Of a stretch of DNA of 64,000 bases, positions 1 to 14,280 are shown piece by piece. The stretch covers positions 4,340,001-4,404,000 of the forward strand of contig NC_134035.1 in NCBI RefSeq assembly GCF_964204645.1, read 5' to 3'. Position 1 is the stretch's first letter, and every line of letters begins with the position of its first letter. The stretch is from Tubulanus polymorphus. Taxonomy: Eukaryota > Animalia > Nemertea. Made by a program: the position numbers and the translations under genes. The notes beneath the pieces are model-generated. The model did not search any database. It saw nothing but the letters and a program-made list of their open reading frames with translations, and was not told the DNA's origin.

Positions 1-3
1 TAG

Positions 4-3000
4 GTGCTTAAACAATATAACCAGGTGCGAAATGCTGACGTCGAATTACAGCAAAGAGCCATAGAATATTTACAACTCAGTTCAGTCGCTTCTGCCGACG
101 TTCTGGTAAGTAGAAATAAACAAAAAGTTTAAGACAATATTTTTTCCTTGAATACAATGAACTGGTCTTTGCTCAAATGGTTCCAAGTCGAATTATTTCC
201 TTACTTGAAAACAACAAATGTTAGATCAATTGAAACAGATTGTGTCTTATGTTCCATTGTCTAACTCCAATAATTGGCTTACTTGAACAATACTCACTGG
301 TTCCAAATGATTCGAGTTAGGAGGGATCTAACAACTGTGGAACCAGGACAACTTCATAACCAGGACCTTAGAATTAAACGCTGCACTATTTTTCGTTCCA
401 GGCTACCGTGCTGGAAGAGATGCCACCATTCCCCGAACGAGAATCGTCGATTTTAGCGAAATTGAAGAAAAAGAAGCCGGCCGTGAAAGATAACGTTGAT
501 TTGAAAGATCGTCCGGTTCACGTCAACAACACCGAATCAACTGAGCCGGCGGTGAACAACGTAAGTTATTGAATAATCCGTCTGCCTGCTCCTGATGGAC
601 TAAATCTGTCTAACTGCTCCTGATGTACTAGATCGGTCTGCCTGCTCCTGATGGACTAGATCGGTCTGCCTGTTCCTGATGGACTAGATCCGTCTGCCTG
701 TTCCTGATGGGCTAGATCTGTCTGCCTGTTCCTGATGGGCTAGATCTGTCTGCCTACTCCTGACAGGCTAGATCTGTTAACCAGCTCATGAAGGACTAGA
801 TCCGTCTGCCCGTAAAGATCCTCACATGCCACAGTCGCATTGTTTTATTATTTCAGCAACCGGCTTCTAGCGCCAGTACGACAGCCGTGTCCGGAGATCT
901 GTTGGCGCCTCCACTACCGGCGCCGACCGCTGCCACGACGAATAACGTTCCCAACAATAACACGGCTCTGTTAGTGGATTTAATGTCAGAACCACCGGCG
1001 CCCTCTACTCAAATAATCGACGATATTACGCCGACAGCATCGGTTACGACTGATACGGAAGCGAATTTCTCGTCGTTCGGCAACATGGGTGCGAAAAATA
1101 ACTTCGCAAAGTAAGTGAACTTAGCTGTATTACTTAACTCACCTCGTTCAGCGCCACTCACCATTATTTTTAGATTTGAGGTTTCACTTTCTTCTCATCG
1201 CACTGTGTGGTACTCGGGGTATTATCAGGATGGTTCAAGGGTTCCTTGTCCCCTTTATCCTGATAAGAAAAGAGGCCAGTGAACCTTGGACTAAGAAACT
1301 TGGCTACCACCAGGATTCTTACCCACCCACTGACAACACCTGTCACTGGTTTAACAATTCACTCAACCTGATTAATTTCTAAAACTGCTCTCAATTTTAT
1401 CATTCTAATATCTAAACTCAATGAGACTGTGAACTGTCACTCAATGCTTTCTTTCGCGTGAAATGAATTTGAACACGATCTCTTGAAACTTGACTTGATT
1501 ATTCTAATAACTTTTAATTCTGTTTCTTTTCAGCGAGCAATTGACCGATGCCAAACAGTAAGTATTTCATGCAGTCATTCAGTTGATTTTCGCAATCAAC
1601 TCGCTTTTTGAAATCGAGTTATTTGTTGTGCGTTGTTTTGACTTCATGCCATGAAATTGTTGGAAAATTTTTCTCGACGTTTCATTCTAGATTCGTTTGT
1701 AAAAACAACGGCGTTTTATTCGAGAACGATCTGATCCAAGTCGGCATCAAGTCGGAATTTTGTCAGAACCTCGGACGTTTAGGGATGTTTTACGGAAACA
1801 AGACGAGTTTCCCGCTGCAGAATTTCAAAGTCGACGTCGTATATCCACCGGAGGCCAACGCAGAACATATCCTTTTCAAACGCTATTTGCGCTCTTCAAT
1901 TGACTTGAGCCGTTTACCTCATTGACAATCAATCAGGGAAATAGAGGTCCTTTTTTAAATGAATTTTGATAAGGATCACTGCTTTCATTGGTTTACCCTG
2001 AGTTGACCGGTGAGTTGAGAATCAGGGAAATCTGTAGCATTGGGACTGCTTTTGTTAGTATTTCACCGAGTTGAGAACCAGGAAACTCAGTAACGTTGGG
2101 ACAGTAGTAAATATTTCACTGAGTTGAGAATCAGGGAAATCAGTTGTGTTGGGGCAGCTGTAAATATCTCATTGAGTTGAGAATCAGGGAACTCAGTAGC
2201 GTTAGGACTGCTGCTGTAAATATTTCACTGAGTTGATGATTTTTTAAGTCAACCGGTGCTGAGTAGTAAGGAGCAGTAAGTGCTCAGTATATCGAATCCT
2301 TAACCGTTCGTACTAAATATACAGTTGAAACCGTGTGACCCGACGATCGAAGGCGGTGCTCAGGTTCAGCAGTTGATCAACGTTGAATGCATCGACGATT
2401 TCATCGAAGCTCCTTTACTCAATCTGAAATTCATGTAAGTTTACGCGATGCAACATTTCATGAAACCGACCTCTACGACGCCTAACGATTTAATGAAAAT
2501 ACCTTTTAAGTTAAAAAAGGTGAAATGTGACTAATGCGAGTTTGACTCAGTCGACCAAAGGTAGCCTTGGACTAGAATGAAAAATACCTTAAAGTTCTCC
2601 TGAATTGTATTTGTCACTGAAAAAATGAAATGAATGAAATGCTACTTAAGTAAGTTTGACTCAGTTGACCATAGGCAGCCTAGGACTTGATAAAGTAAAA
2701 AAAATACTGTAAAGTTCCTCTGAAGTGTATCGTCACTGAAAAGATGAAATGCTCAGGAGCAAGTTAAACTCAGTCGACCAAAGGTGACCTAGGATTTTAA
2801 TGAAAAATACCTTAAAGGTCCCCTAAAGACGTGTATTGTCACTGAAAAATGAAATGCTACTGTAGCGAGTTTGACTCAGTCGACCAAATGTAGTCTTGGA
2901 CTTTGATGAAAAATACCTTAAAGTTCACCTAAAGTGTATTGTCACTGAAAAAATGAAATGCTACTTATAGATTCACTCAGTTAACCATAGGCAGCCTAGG

Positions 3001-5004
3001 ACTTAAATGAAAAATCCCTTTGCGTTCCCCTGCACTATATTGTGTTTCTATGAAAATGAACTTTATTTTTCTGATACATGAGAATGAATATAGATAAACA
3101 CGTTCAATAACTTGTTGTTTAGATACCGCGCATATTTTGAGTATAGGTGAAATGATTACGGTCCATTCGTCGTTTCAGGTACAGCGGGGCTCAACAGAAT
3201 ATAACGGTCAGACTACCGCTGACGATCAATAAATTCGTGCAATCGACGCAGATGAATTCGACGACGTTTTTCCAACGCTGGAAACAATTGAGCGCGTAAG
3301 TTTAGGGCATGCAGCGTGCGAAGTGCGGCCGGATGCACAGGCTAAAAAGTAAACTTCGATTGACTGGGTTTGTCACGGATTATCACGATCATCAAAAAAT
3401 TTTAAAATGTCCCACAGTAGAACTCGCTTGATTCTGATTTTTCAATCCGGATTTTCTTTTACATCGCTCAAAATATTTGGTCCATTTAACCTGGAACTGT
3501 GTAAACTATATAGTTCATACTTCGGATTTTACTTAATTCGAAGAAACCTGGGGGCAGTCCCTAGTCGTCCGAATTAAGTGATTTCTACTGTACTACAATT
3601 AATGCGGTGATCTAGCCCTATCGTAGCTCTGGTATTGTCGTAATTCGAAAAACAATTTGTTTCCCTGCGAGATCCGAGGTCTATTGTAACTCACTTATCT
3701 CAAGATCATTATGGCAAGGGCTGAAAGGGGCCTGTACTTTGTATAGAGCGAAATGTTTTTGTGAAGTTACGATGTTTGAACGCAAAATTGTTTTATATAT
3801 ATCTGAAGTAACGTATATTGATCGATTTTTCTTTTCAGGCCACAACAAGAATGCCAGAAAATATTCACTGCCAAAAATTCAATGGAACCTGATCAGATTA
3901 AGTTAAAGGTACATTCGTAAACGTGTCTCGTTCAATCGGTCGAAACTGTTGCGAGAAATTTCGTTCAAATATTTGAAATTTTTTTTTTTTCTTTGTCGCA
4001 GTTGATGGGATTTGGTTTAACGTTACTGGAAGGAATCGACCCGAATCCGGAGAATTACGTGTCGGCCGGAATCGTTCACACGCGTAATTTACAAGTCGGT
4101 TGTCTACTGCGACTCGAACCGAATAAACAAGCTAAGGTAACTAACAGTTTCTGACTGCAGCCTGATGTTCGAGATTTTCTATTCGAAAAATATGGGCTTC
4201 AGAAGCACGGTTGTGAGTTAACTTGAGGGGTATTAAATCTTAAGACTGGTCTGAATGAAGTTGTCAGTTATAGAATCAATAGATGATCTTTGACAATCTT
4301 TGATATAAAGCCATGACCAAAATTTACTGACTGCAGACAGATGGTCGAGATTTTCTGTTTGAAAAATATTTGCTTCAGATGCATGGTTGTGTCCTAACTT
4401 CATAAGTGCTGTTAGATTTTAAGACTGGTCTGAATTGAGTTATTGACTATAGAATCAAAAGAAACAAAGGATGATCTTAGACTAGTCTTTGATATAAGCC
4501 ATGACCAAAATTTAACTTATATTTTCATAGCGCTCTCGTAAGTTTTTAGATTGGTTTACGAAGCTTAGATGAGCTTAGACTTGGTCTTAAATTGATGTTA
4601 GATTGGTTATAGAACCAAAATGAGATTATACTGGTATGAAAAGATGGCTATAGATCTAGAATGGTCTTAGACTAGGCCTCGGCCAGTTGTGCAGTTATTG
4701 TTAAGATCTTAAGTTTACTTTGTTTCTAAAGTTGTCTAACAACTTAAGCGCACCTTGGTTCTAAAGTTGTCTAACAACTTATGACCAGTCTCGAGATTTA
4801 AGGCCACTTTTAGCAGTCAGCACTGGCGAAACGATGTTATAAACTCTACTAACATTTCGTTTAACGAGGTTTTTCATTATTAGACTTCGTCGCGTTGTGA
4901 ATTTTGATTTTATCGCCTATTTTCAGATGTACCGATTGACCTTACACACGACGAAGGAATCCGTTTCGAAACGTCTTTGCGAACTGATCGAAGAACAACT
5001 CTGA
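4..5004 (+). CDS. AP2A: AP-2 complex subunit alpha, 3' part (trunk end, hinge, ear); 5' exons lie outside the window
   Basis: Exons 4-105, 402-560, 857-1110, [optional 1534-1557], 1691-1866, 2314-2434, 3179-3295, 3839-3908, 4002-4136, 4927-5004 (TGA) join in frame. Peptides [78 protein letters not shown] and MYRLTL are recognisable alpha-adaptin. All introns are GT-AG except 1867-2313 (AT-AC). Confidence 0.97.
576..810 (+). repeat. ~28-bp intronic minisatellite (about 8 copies)
   Basis: Unit ~gatccgtctgcctgttcctgatggacta. Confidence 0.9.
1534..1557 (+). other. Candidate frame-preserving 24-nt microexon of AP2A
   Basis: ttctgtttcttttcag|CGAGCAATTGACCGATGCCAAACA|gtaagt; phase 2 to phase 2, no stop, CTAAT branch-like motif at 1504. 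Confidence 0.65.
1867..2313 (+). other. U12-type (minor spliceosome) AT-AC intron in AP2A
   Basis: 5' end ATATCCTTTT at 1867; U12 branch motif TCCTTAAC at 2297-2304; AC at 2312-2313. Removal restores the frame ([22 protein letters not shown]). Confidence 0.93.
1995..2236 (+). repeat. ~55-bp degenerate tandem repeat inside the U12 intron
   Basis: Recurring gagttgagaatcagggaaa...gggac...gtaaatatttcact, 4-5 copies. Confidence 0.85.
2495..3030 (+). repeat. ~115-120-bp tandem repeat (4-5 copies)
   Basis: Recurring aaaatacctt..aagtt...tgtcactgaaaa.atgaaatg...tttgactcagtcgacca. Confidence 0.85.
3415..3590. mobile_element. Tc1/pogo-like MITE
   Basis: TIRs CAGTAGAACTCGCTT / AAGTGATTTCTACTG with TA at the right flank; related copy at 19431-19608. 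Confidence 0.65.
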
Positions 5005-6511
5005 TCGGCGACGATTCGACGATAAGAAGAAATAGACGTAACGATCGAAAACGCGAAACGACGACGACAAATAATAACTCTTGTCTCTCTCTCTCTCCCT
5101 CGCGGAGGAAATACCGTTCGACAAAAATATCGCGAGATAAAACATCGACCTCTAGCTAGAAAATAAACGCAACTGGATTCAAATTCGCGGCGGCAGCTCG
5201 CGCGGGTTTTACGTTCGTCGAGATGGCGCTGACACCTGGTGGATTCCGACAGTAACTGTGATATATAGTTGTGTATAAGAAATTTACGGGAGAAGAGACG
5301 TGAAAAACACGCACGGAACAGAAAAGCGATACTTGTCAGTCGTGGCTGCCCGCGCTACGAATGACGAAAAAAGATATTTAGGTCACAATTTATGGAATGG
5401 TGTTAGTTTAGTTCACCGACGCTAAGGGGGGGGGGTTTATGCGTCAAAAAATGAATCGATTTTAGACCCTTAAAAGGCGCCGTAAATATACGGTATATGT
5501 GTATATATATGTATGTATAACTATATCTCGACAGGTTGAAAATAGATTCAGAGCGATTCTCGTTGATTTCTACGCCGACGTTCTCCGAGCGGCCCCTTGA
5601 GGTACAAAGTTCATGCATGAGTTAGGTTTTAATGCCGAAATGCATAACTCGGGATATCGAGTTCATTTTCAGTTATTTTCAGTTCATTATCGAAATTGAA
5701 AGAGTCGATTTGAAACTTGCGGTTGGTTGCGCAGTCGTGGCCCGGATTTGAAACCAGTCTCAGATCTGTGACATAGGATTTATATCCACTTTTGGACTTT
5801 GGTCTTGACTGTGCGATTGGCCCCGAAACTGCGGAAAACCGGTTTCATGCAGTTATGAGTTATGATTGAGCTCTTAACAAAAAAAACCCGAAATGGGTTC
5901 ATTTTATTTCTTTATCGAATTTACAAAAAAGAGTCAATTTCAATCTCCGTGAGTTGGGTTCATTTGACTCGAGAAAACTCGAAATGAGTGCTTTCAATAA
6001 TTTTATTTCTTATTATCAAATTTCCTAAGAAAGGATCAATTCTATAAATCGCACTTTCATGAGTTGGACTTATTTGACTCTTTAAAAAAGAAAGTACTCG
6101 TTTAAACTAAACCCCGAAACAAAACCGTGGCACCGTAATTTTCGGAAAAAAAACTGACGACTGCATCGGAGGTGGAGCTAATATGATTCTCAAATTATCG
6201 GTATATTTTTTATCGTTTGTGATGATAAATGTGTAGTTCTCTGATTCTCTCTGTCTCTAGTTAGTTCTTTTTCTGCCGGTTCCGCGGCAGTACTCGGTCC
6301 CGCTCGCCTCTGCCGCCGTTGCTGCTGTTGCTATTGCCGAATCGCTAGAATAATTACCATTTCATAAACGTAATAAAACTGAAAAACGAATCTTCAGTTT
6401 CGAACGATGATGATGTATAGAATATCGAAGTACATTCCAACCGTATTTTTGCGTTCGCGCGCGTGCTTATAAAAAAAAATGATTAGTTGATTAGAGCAAA
6501 ATATTCGCTTA

Positions 6512-6765
6512 CGTGACTATTGACTAGAAATGGTGGTAGTCACGGTAGTGACCGGTGGATGATCGTGACTATCGATTAGATATGATGATAGTCGCGGTAG
6601 TGACCGGTGAGTGATCGTGACTATCGATTAGATATGATAATAGTCGCGTTAGTGATCGGTGGGTGATCGTGACTATTGACTAGATATGATGATAGTCGTG
6701 GTAGTGATCGGTGGGTGATCGTGACTATTGACTAGATATGATGATGTAGTCACGGGTGGGTGATC
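6512..6765 (+). repeat. ~52-bp tandem repeat (about 5 copies)
   Basis: Unit gtgactattgactagatatgatgatagtcgtggtagtgatcggtgggtgatc. Confidence 0.9.
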
Positions 6766-7417
6766 TCTGTACATAATATGAATATCGCCGACCTCGTGTT
6801 ATTCGACGCTTACATGACAACATTTGAAAAAAAGATATACCGTGTAAAGTAGTTTTCTGTGCATAATAATATAGATTAAACGTCGAATCGCCGGCTGCCT
6901 TTTAATAGAACTAAACGCCACCTGTAGGTAGTAATGTGAACTGTTATTTAGGTGTCAGTATACGGTAGGAACCATCGTGTGTGAATTTCGACGAAGCTTG
7001 CGTTTTTTTTTTTTCGTTGTCGTCGTCGTTGTTGTTTTTTCTCTTCGTCTGTGCCGGATTTTCCCCCCGACCGCACCGACGTCGAAACGCTCGGTCGTTT
7101 ATCGTCGAAAGATTTTTTAGTCAATCGAAAAGATCAGTTTATTTCCGTTTTTCTCGTTCAGTCCTCCCCCTCCCCCCGGAATCATCGGCAGACGTTTTTA
7201 ACTCGAAACGACTCATCGATAGGTCTAGTTTGTGTGTACAGTGTATATGGAACATATCGAAGTAGCGTGTGTAATCTTTTCTATGAAAATTATCAATATA
7301 TATCTGCCGGCCGTACTATTGTTTAATCCACTGAAAAAAAAACACGATCGCCGGAACCGTGGCATCCTATTTTTTTGATTCTCTGTTTGCGAACGTCGAG
7401 TTTGCGTCATTTTAGCC

Positions 7418-7763
7418 TACTGTTTTAAAATGAGGGTTTCGCGGTACGGTATTTAGGTCGTATTGTCAATCGCGCTGGAATTAGTCCGTGTCCAGACAAA
7501 TGTCGCGTTGTCAAGGAATTCCCAGACTAGTTCTAGTGCAATCGAAAATACGACCGCTAACCCCCTTGATTACTGATTTATTTGTATAGAAATATGAAAT
7601 GTGTTACTGAGGGTCTTACCCCCCTTGATTACTGATGAATTAGAAGAGAAATATGAAAGATGTTTCTGAGGGTCTTATCACCCCTTGATTACTGATTGAT
7701 TCGACAATACGACCGAAATTCCTGACATTGAAACCATACTGCAACCCTCATTTTGTAACACTA
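7418..7763. mobile_element. MITE-like element with inverted ends and an internal ~60-bp tandem repeat
   Basis: Ends tactgttttaaaatgagggtt / aaccctcattttgtaacacta are inverted. The internal unit ccccttgattactgatt...agaaatatgaaagatgttactgagggtctta recurs at 8085-8320 and 22285-22550. Confidence 0.65.
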
Positions 7764-8084
7764 CAATGATCTATCATCTATCGTATCGTACAGGATTCTG
7801 TATTTTCCGACATATATTCGAATACGATGTATTTTTATGTTTAACGCTGTACTGTTTATGTAAACGATGATATATTATTAATAGTTAACACGTACGGTAC
7901 GAAAAATTGACTACTTTAGTTACTTTACTACGAATTTGATAATTAGCAGTCGTCGATAGGTTAAGTAAAGCGGCGTAAGAAGTATATAAGTATCGTAACT
8001 CTAAAACGAAGAGAGTCCATGTTTGAATTTAGAATAACTGCCGTAACAGCCCCTGACAAATGCTGATTTCATTTGAGGTTGGAC

Positions 8085-8320
8085 AGAAGTGAGAAAATGT
8101 CTTACTAAGGGTCTTACCTTCTTAGATACTAGGCAATTTGAACAGAAATATGAAAGATGTTACTGAGGGTCTTACCCCCTTAAATATTGGTTAATTTAAA
8201 CAGAAATATGAAAGGTGTTACTGAGGGTCTTAGCCCCCTTGATTACTGATTTATTTGTATAGAAACATGTAAGTAGTTACTGAGGATCTTACCCCCCCTT
8301 GATTACTGATTAATTTTGAC
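8085..8320 (+). repeat. ~60-bp tandem repeat (same family as 7560-7700 and 22285-22550)
   Basis: acagaaatatgaaagatgttactgagggtcttacccccttgattactgatt. Confidence 0.85.
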
Positions 8321-9821
8321 GGACAATTTTCGTTCATATCTTCATGAAATGTTCCTGAAACGTCCTTTCTACTGATAGCTACTCGTTGAGTTTGAAGTCC
8401 TGTGATTTCTGGTTTTACCGCGCGCTGATATATTTTATGCAACTTTTTTTTTGACATTCGGGTTTGATTCGTCATATTCCTGCCTTGTTGTTATCTCCCA
8501 TTCCCCCTCCCTACGAAAACAAAAACGAGTTACGTCTTTCCACTCGTCCCCAGTTTGTACGTAGAAAACCATGGGTTTTTTTTTTTTAAATCACCGATCA
8601 CCCCTGCAGCTGTTCGTTTGCGTTTTTGAGCCTCGAAAATTTGGAGTTAACTTTTGTCAGTAATAGTCGATTAGTTTAATGCAATGATGGATAGTCGAAC
8701 TCGTGTTTATCAAAATATGTGTGAGATCCAAAAAAAGCTATAGATATATGTGTACATGTACTGTGTTTACAAAGAAAAACGAAATCTATTATATTGTACA
8801 CTACTGTGTTCTCGAAATGGTTAATGAATATATTATATATTATATGATATTATAATATATTATTATTATTATTATTATTATTATCATCATTAGATTGTAT
8901 AAAGTGGCGAAATGAAAAATGAATGAATAAATAAATAAATGTGTATAGAGAAAGAAAACGACGCGAATTATGGTAGATGAAATTGTGGGCGTGTAATTTG
9001 GAAAACAGAAGCGATAGATGATTTTGTCAGATGTCAGGCGGCTTCCTTGGGACACTGCTATTCTCATCGGGGAAACCTCGATTCCCATCGTGATAGAAGA
9101 CGACTCCTCAACCCATCGTAATAGATGATCATAACAAGATCCACGTTCCTGTGAAGATCGTGATAGTTTTATCTTGGAGCAAATCTTTTGACTCGGAATG
9201 ATTACTATACTCCAGGTCGGGCGACCACGTCCACGGGAACTCTCAATTCAGTCCTCGCCCTGTATTATAGGGTCACTTGAAGAACCCTCTATTTGACAAG
9301 GACGTCTCGCTCCTATACAGGAATCTTCAGTACGGTAGGTTTTAGCTACGAGCAATTATCTCAGCTGCTCGTAGGTTTTCTAGCTAGTGGATTTTGCTAC
9401 TTGTTCTCGACCCTTCTAAAGCCCTCACGGCGCAAGAAGGGTTGGTGGCCACGCAATGCACACGTATCTCCGAAGGGTAGTTAGTGTTTTAATGTCAGTT
9501 TTAAGACCGATTTTCGCCCGGTTCATGTTAAACAGACTTGCTCGTTGGATTCATAGCGTGATTGCAAATTGACACCAATTTGTACGCTTGAAATATCAGA
9601 TATAGATTTTTTAAAGAATGATCAGCGCATTTTTGTGAATGTAATTCAATCGGTGATTATAATTGGAAATTTGACGTCGCTTCTGACTGAAGATGTAATT
9701 AATTATAAGTTCCGTGAATCGCTCGGCCATCGTTATCGGTTTTAGTCAGCAGCGGTGCTTCGCGATATGCGGTACTGCGCACGCGATTTCTAAATCCGCT
9801 CCCGGCTCCCGATGCTGGAAA

Positions 9822-10910
9822 ATGGGCAATAAATTCGAACTGATATTTGACCGACTGAACATGAGCGACGCGGCCCGTTCGCGATGTCTACAAGTGCACC
9901 ACCTGAACGTGTTTCATTTCTACGTTAACGTTTGCGCCATCGCTCCGGTGGCCGTCGTCGGCGTTCTACTTAACGTCGTCAACATCGTCATACTGGGCAG
10001 ACAGAAACTAGCCCCGGCCGCCGTGTTCATGCTGAAAACCCTAGCCGTTCTCGACATCGGCGTTTTGGTGTCGGCGTTCGTCTACTTCGTGGCGCGTTAT
10101 TCATACGGTAATCGGGGCGTTAGCGCGCACGGTTTTCGCTACGCGGGCTGGGGTTTCAATTTGTACCTGGCCAAAAGCGTCGACCCCATTTACAACTCTT
10201 TGCTGCAGCCTCGTAACTGGTGTCTCGTGCTCATCTCCCTCGATCGCCTGCTGATCACGTTAGCGCCTTTGAAAGCGCACGTTTGGTCGACTCGTAGACG
10301 CGCCGTTCAAAGTCTGGTCGGTATCGTCGGCGCCGTTCTGTTGCTCCAATCCCTGAACTACACTTTCGTTCAGAAGTACAGTTTTTTCGTTACGTTCAAC
10401 GCGTGCACCGGTGAACGCCAGGTAAGGACGAAACGCACCAGTTCGCTGTCGAACGCGCTGTTCTATATCATCGATCACGTGTTCTACATCGTCTGCAACG
10501 TGACGTTGCCGCTCGTGTTGCTGATCGTCATCAATTTCGCTTTGATCGTTTGTCTCATCAAAAGCGCCCGGTTTCGACGAACGATGATGAACAGCGGAAC
10601 GGACTCGACCGCGTCGGGGCATCGCCAAATCACGAAAATGGTCGTCGGCATAGTGGTCGTGTTCGTCATTTGCGAAGCGACGCCCTCTATAGACAGAATC
10701 GTGAAGTTATGTCTACAATTCGGGTACCCTCGTTCGATTCAAATGAAATTAGCCTATCTGAGAAGAGTCGGTTTATTTCTGGTCGTGCTCGACAGTTCGT
10801 TGAATTTCTTCATTTATTTTACGACCAATTCGAAGTTTCACGCCGAGGTTTTGCAGTTGTTCAGCCGAGCCATGATACGTAACCGGCTGGGCCTGGTGGT
10901 TCAGTCGTGA
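9822..10910 (+). CDS. Intronless class A GPCR, FMRFamide/peptide-receptor-like (362 aa)
   Basis: Seven hydrophobic segments; GVLLNVVN (TM1), LKTLAVLD (TM2), LISLDRLL (DRY-like), LPLVLLIVIN (TM5), VVVFVICEATP (TM6), DSSLNFFIY (TM7). First ATG at 9822; the ORF track starts at a GTG. Confidence 0.9.
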   Translation: MGNKFELIFDRLNMSDAARSRCLQVHHLNVFHFYVNVCAIAPVAVVGVLLNVVNIVILGRQKLAPAAVFMLKTLAVLDIGVLVSAFVYFVARYSYGNRGVSAHGFRYAGWGFNLYLAKSVDPIYNSLLQPRNWCLVLISLDRLLITLAPLKAHVWSTRRRAVQSLVGIVGAVLLLQSLNYTFVQKYSFFVTFNACTGERQVRTKRTSSLSNALFYIIDHVFYIVCNVTLPLVLLIVINFALIVCLIKSARFRRTMMNSGTDSTASGHRQITKMVVGIVVVFVICEATPSIDRIVKLCLQFGYPRSIQMKLAYLRRVGLFLVVLDSSLNFFIYFTTNSKFHAEVLQLFSRAMIRNRLGLVVQS

Positions 10911-11648
10911 CCTAAGTGGTCGTCTTAAATCCTCGGACTAAATTTAGAACGCAAATGAGCGTGGGCTGGTCTTTGGGTGTTCGATTAACCAAGGCGGTCT
11001 TAGACTGATCTTTTAGTAGGAATTTTTAAATAAAAACGAAATTGCTACGATTTCTAAATGATTGGCAAAATATGGTCTGGTGGTTTCGAAAATCTATATG
11101 AAACAATACAGTTCAAAAGATCAGCACACATTAGTAAACTATTACATACAATAGATATTGTACCGGTCCGTCGGTTTTATTTCGGATTTTTAACCCTAAA
11201 CGGTAAACGAAAATTGCCAACAGTGTTTCGGACACCTTCGATGAAATGAAAATCGTCGCCGTTAACGCGTCCATCTCGTCGGTAATTTTGTTCACCTAAC
11301 ATAAGTACATAATATTCATTCGTATATTCAATTCGATAAGTTTATACGCAGAAACAATTTATTCATTTTCGTCGGTTTCGGGTGTGATATCATATTGCCA
11401 GAGTTAAGAATATTGCATGTTCATTCCAGACGTGGAGAAAAGATAAAGCCACAGTGCGTAAATATTGGAATGATTAAAGGCGGAAATTAACCAATCAAAA
11501 ATTAATCAAAAGTTGCAACGTTTGAGACCATCGTAGGGAGACGTTCGGTTTTTTATTTCAAGATCTTTCATAGTCGTGTGTACACATCTAATGGGATTAG
11601 GTATCATCATCCGCTCCATCGAAAATGTTTCATTTCCATTCATTCACA

Positions 11649-11743
11649 GGGGCTTGTATTTGAAGTTTAGGGGTCAATTATAAGTTAGATCATCCAATAC
11701 CCCAATACCCAATACCCAATACTAAACTTCGAATACGAGCCCC
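11649..11743. mobile_element. Small MITE with GGGGCTTGTA-type TIRs
   Basis: ggggcttgtatttgaagtttag ... ctaaacttcgaatacgagcccc; same family as 12326-12458. Confidence 0.7.
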
Positions 11744-12253
11744 TTTGCATGGATTAACTTAATGCAGCAGAGTGGACTCGTAAAGTGAGAGGTGGGTCTT
11801 GGGAACTTGGATTAGTCCGAAAAAAATGTTTATCAGACCCGATACAAACAAAATCCTTTCATTTCCTATCGCTTCCGGTTTCTTTCTTTTTTTAGCTCGA
11901 GGAAAACTGGCACGAATGCGTGTGATTCAACCATAATAACCTTATATAGTTGTTATGCGTGTTATTTTTTTGGAATTTCTGTTCAGCCTATTTAATTACG
12001 CGATTACTCGTCTATGGCGGCAAAGTTCATAGCGAGTATCGCGGTAGTCAACACGCGCGCGTTCACAGGTGGTTCCATATAGAATTCTATGGAAACGACG
12101 CCTAATCCTGCACCACCTGAGCCTCGCTTTGACGGAACGGATTAGAATACGCGCGGCTTTCTGCGTAACCTATGGCTCTATGAGTTAGTACAGTCCACCC
12201 TGTGTGACACTAGAGTAGTTTCGTCGTCGTCTATAAATCTATATACAAACAAA

Positions 12254-14280
<2,027 letters not shown>

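Noticed and set aside
1608-1925. 105-aa ORF as a standalone gene (also 274-456, 12619-12924, 13517-13828)
   Set aside because: These are exons read into flanking introns, or out-of-frame overlaps of exons.
5215-5242. Overlapping CTCF-like motifs (ccaccaggtgtcagc on -, agatggcgc on +)
   Set aside because: Motif resemblance only; needs PWM scoring and ChIP.
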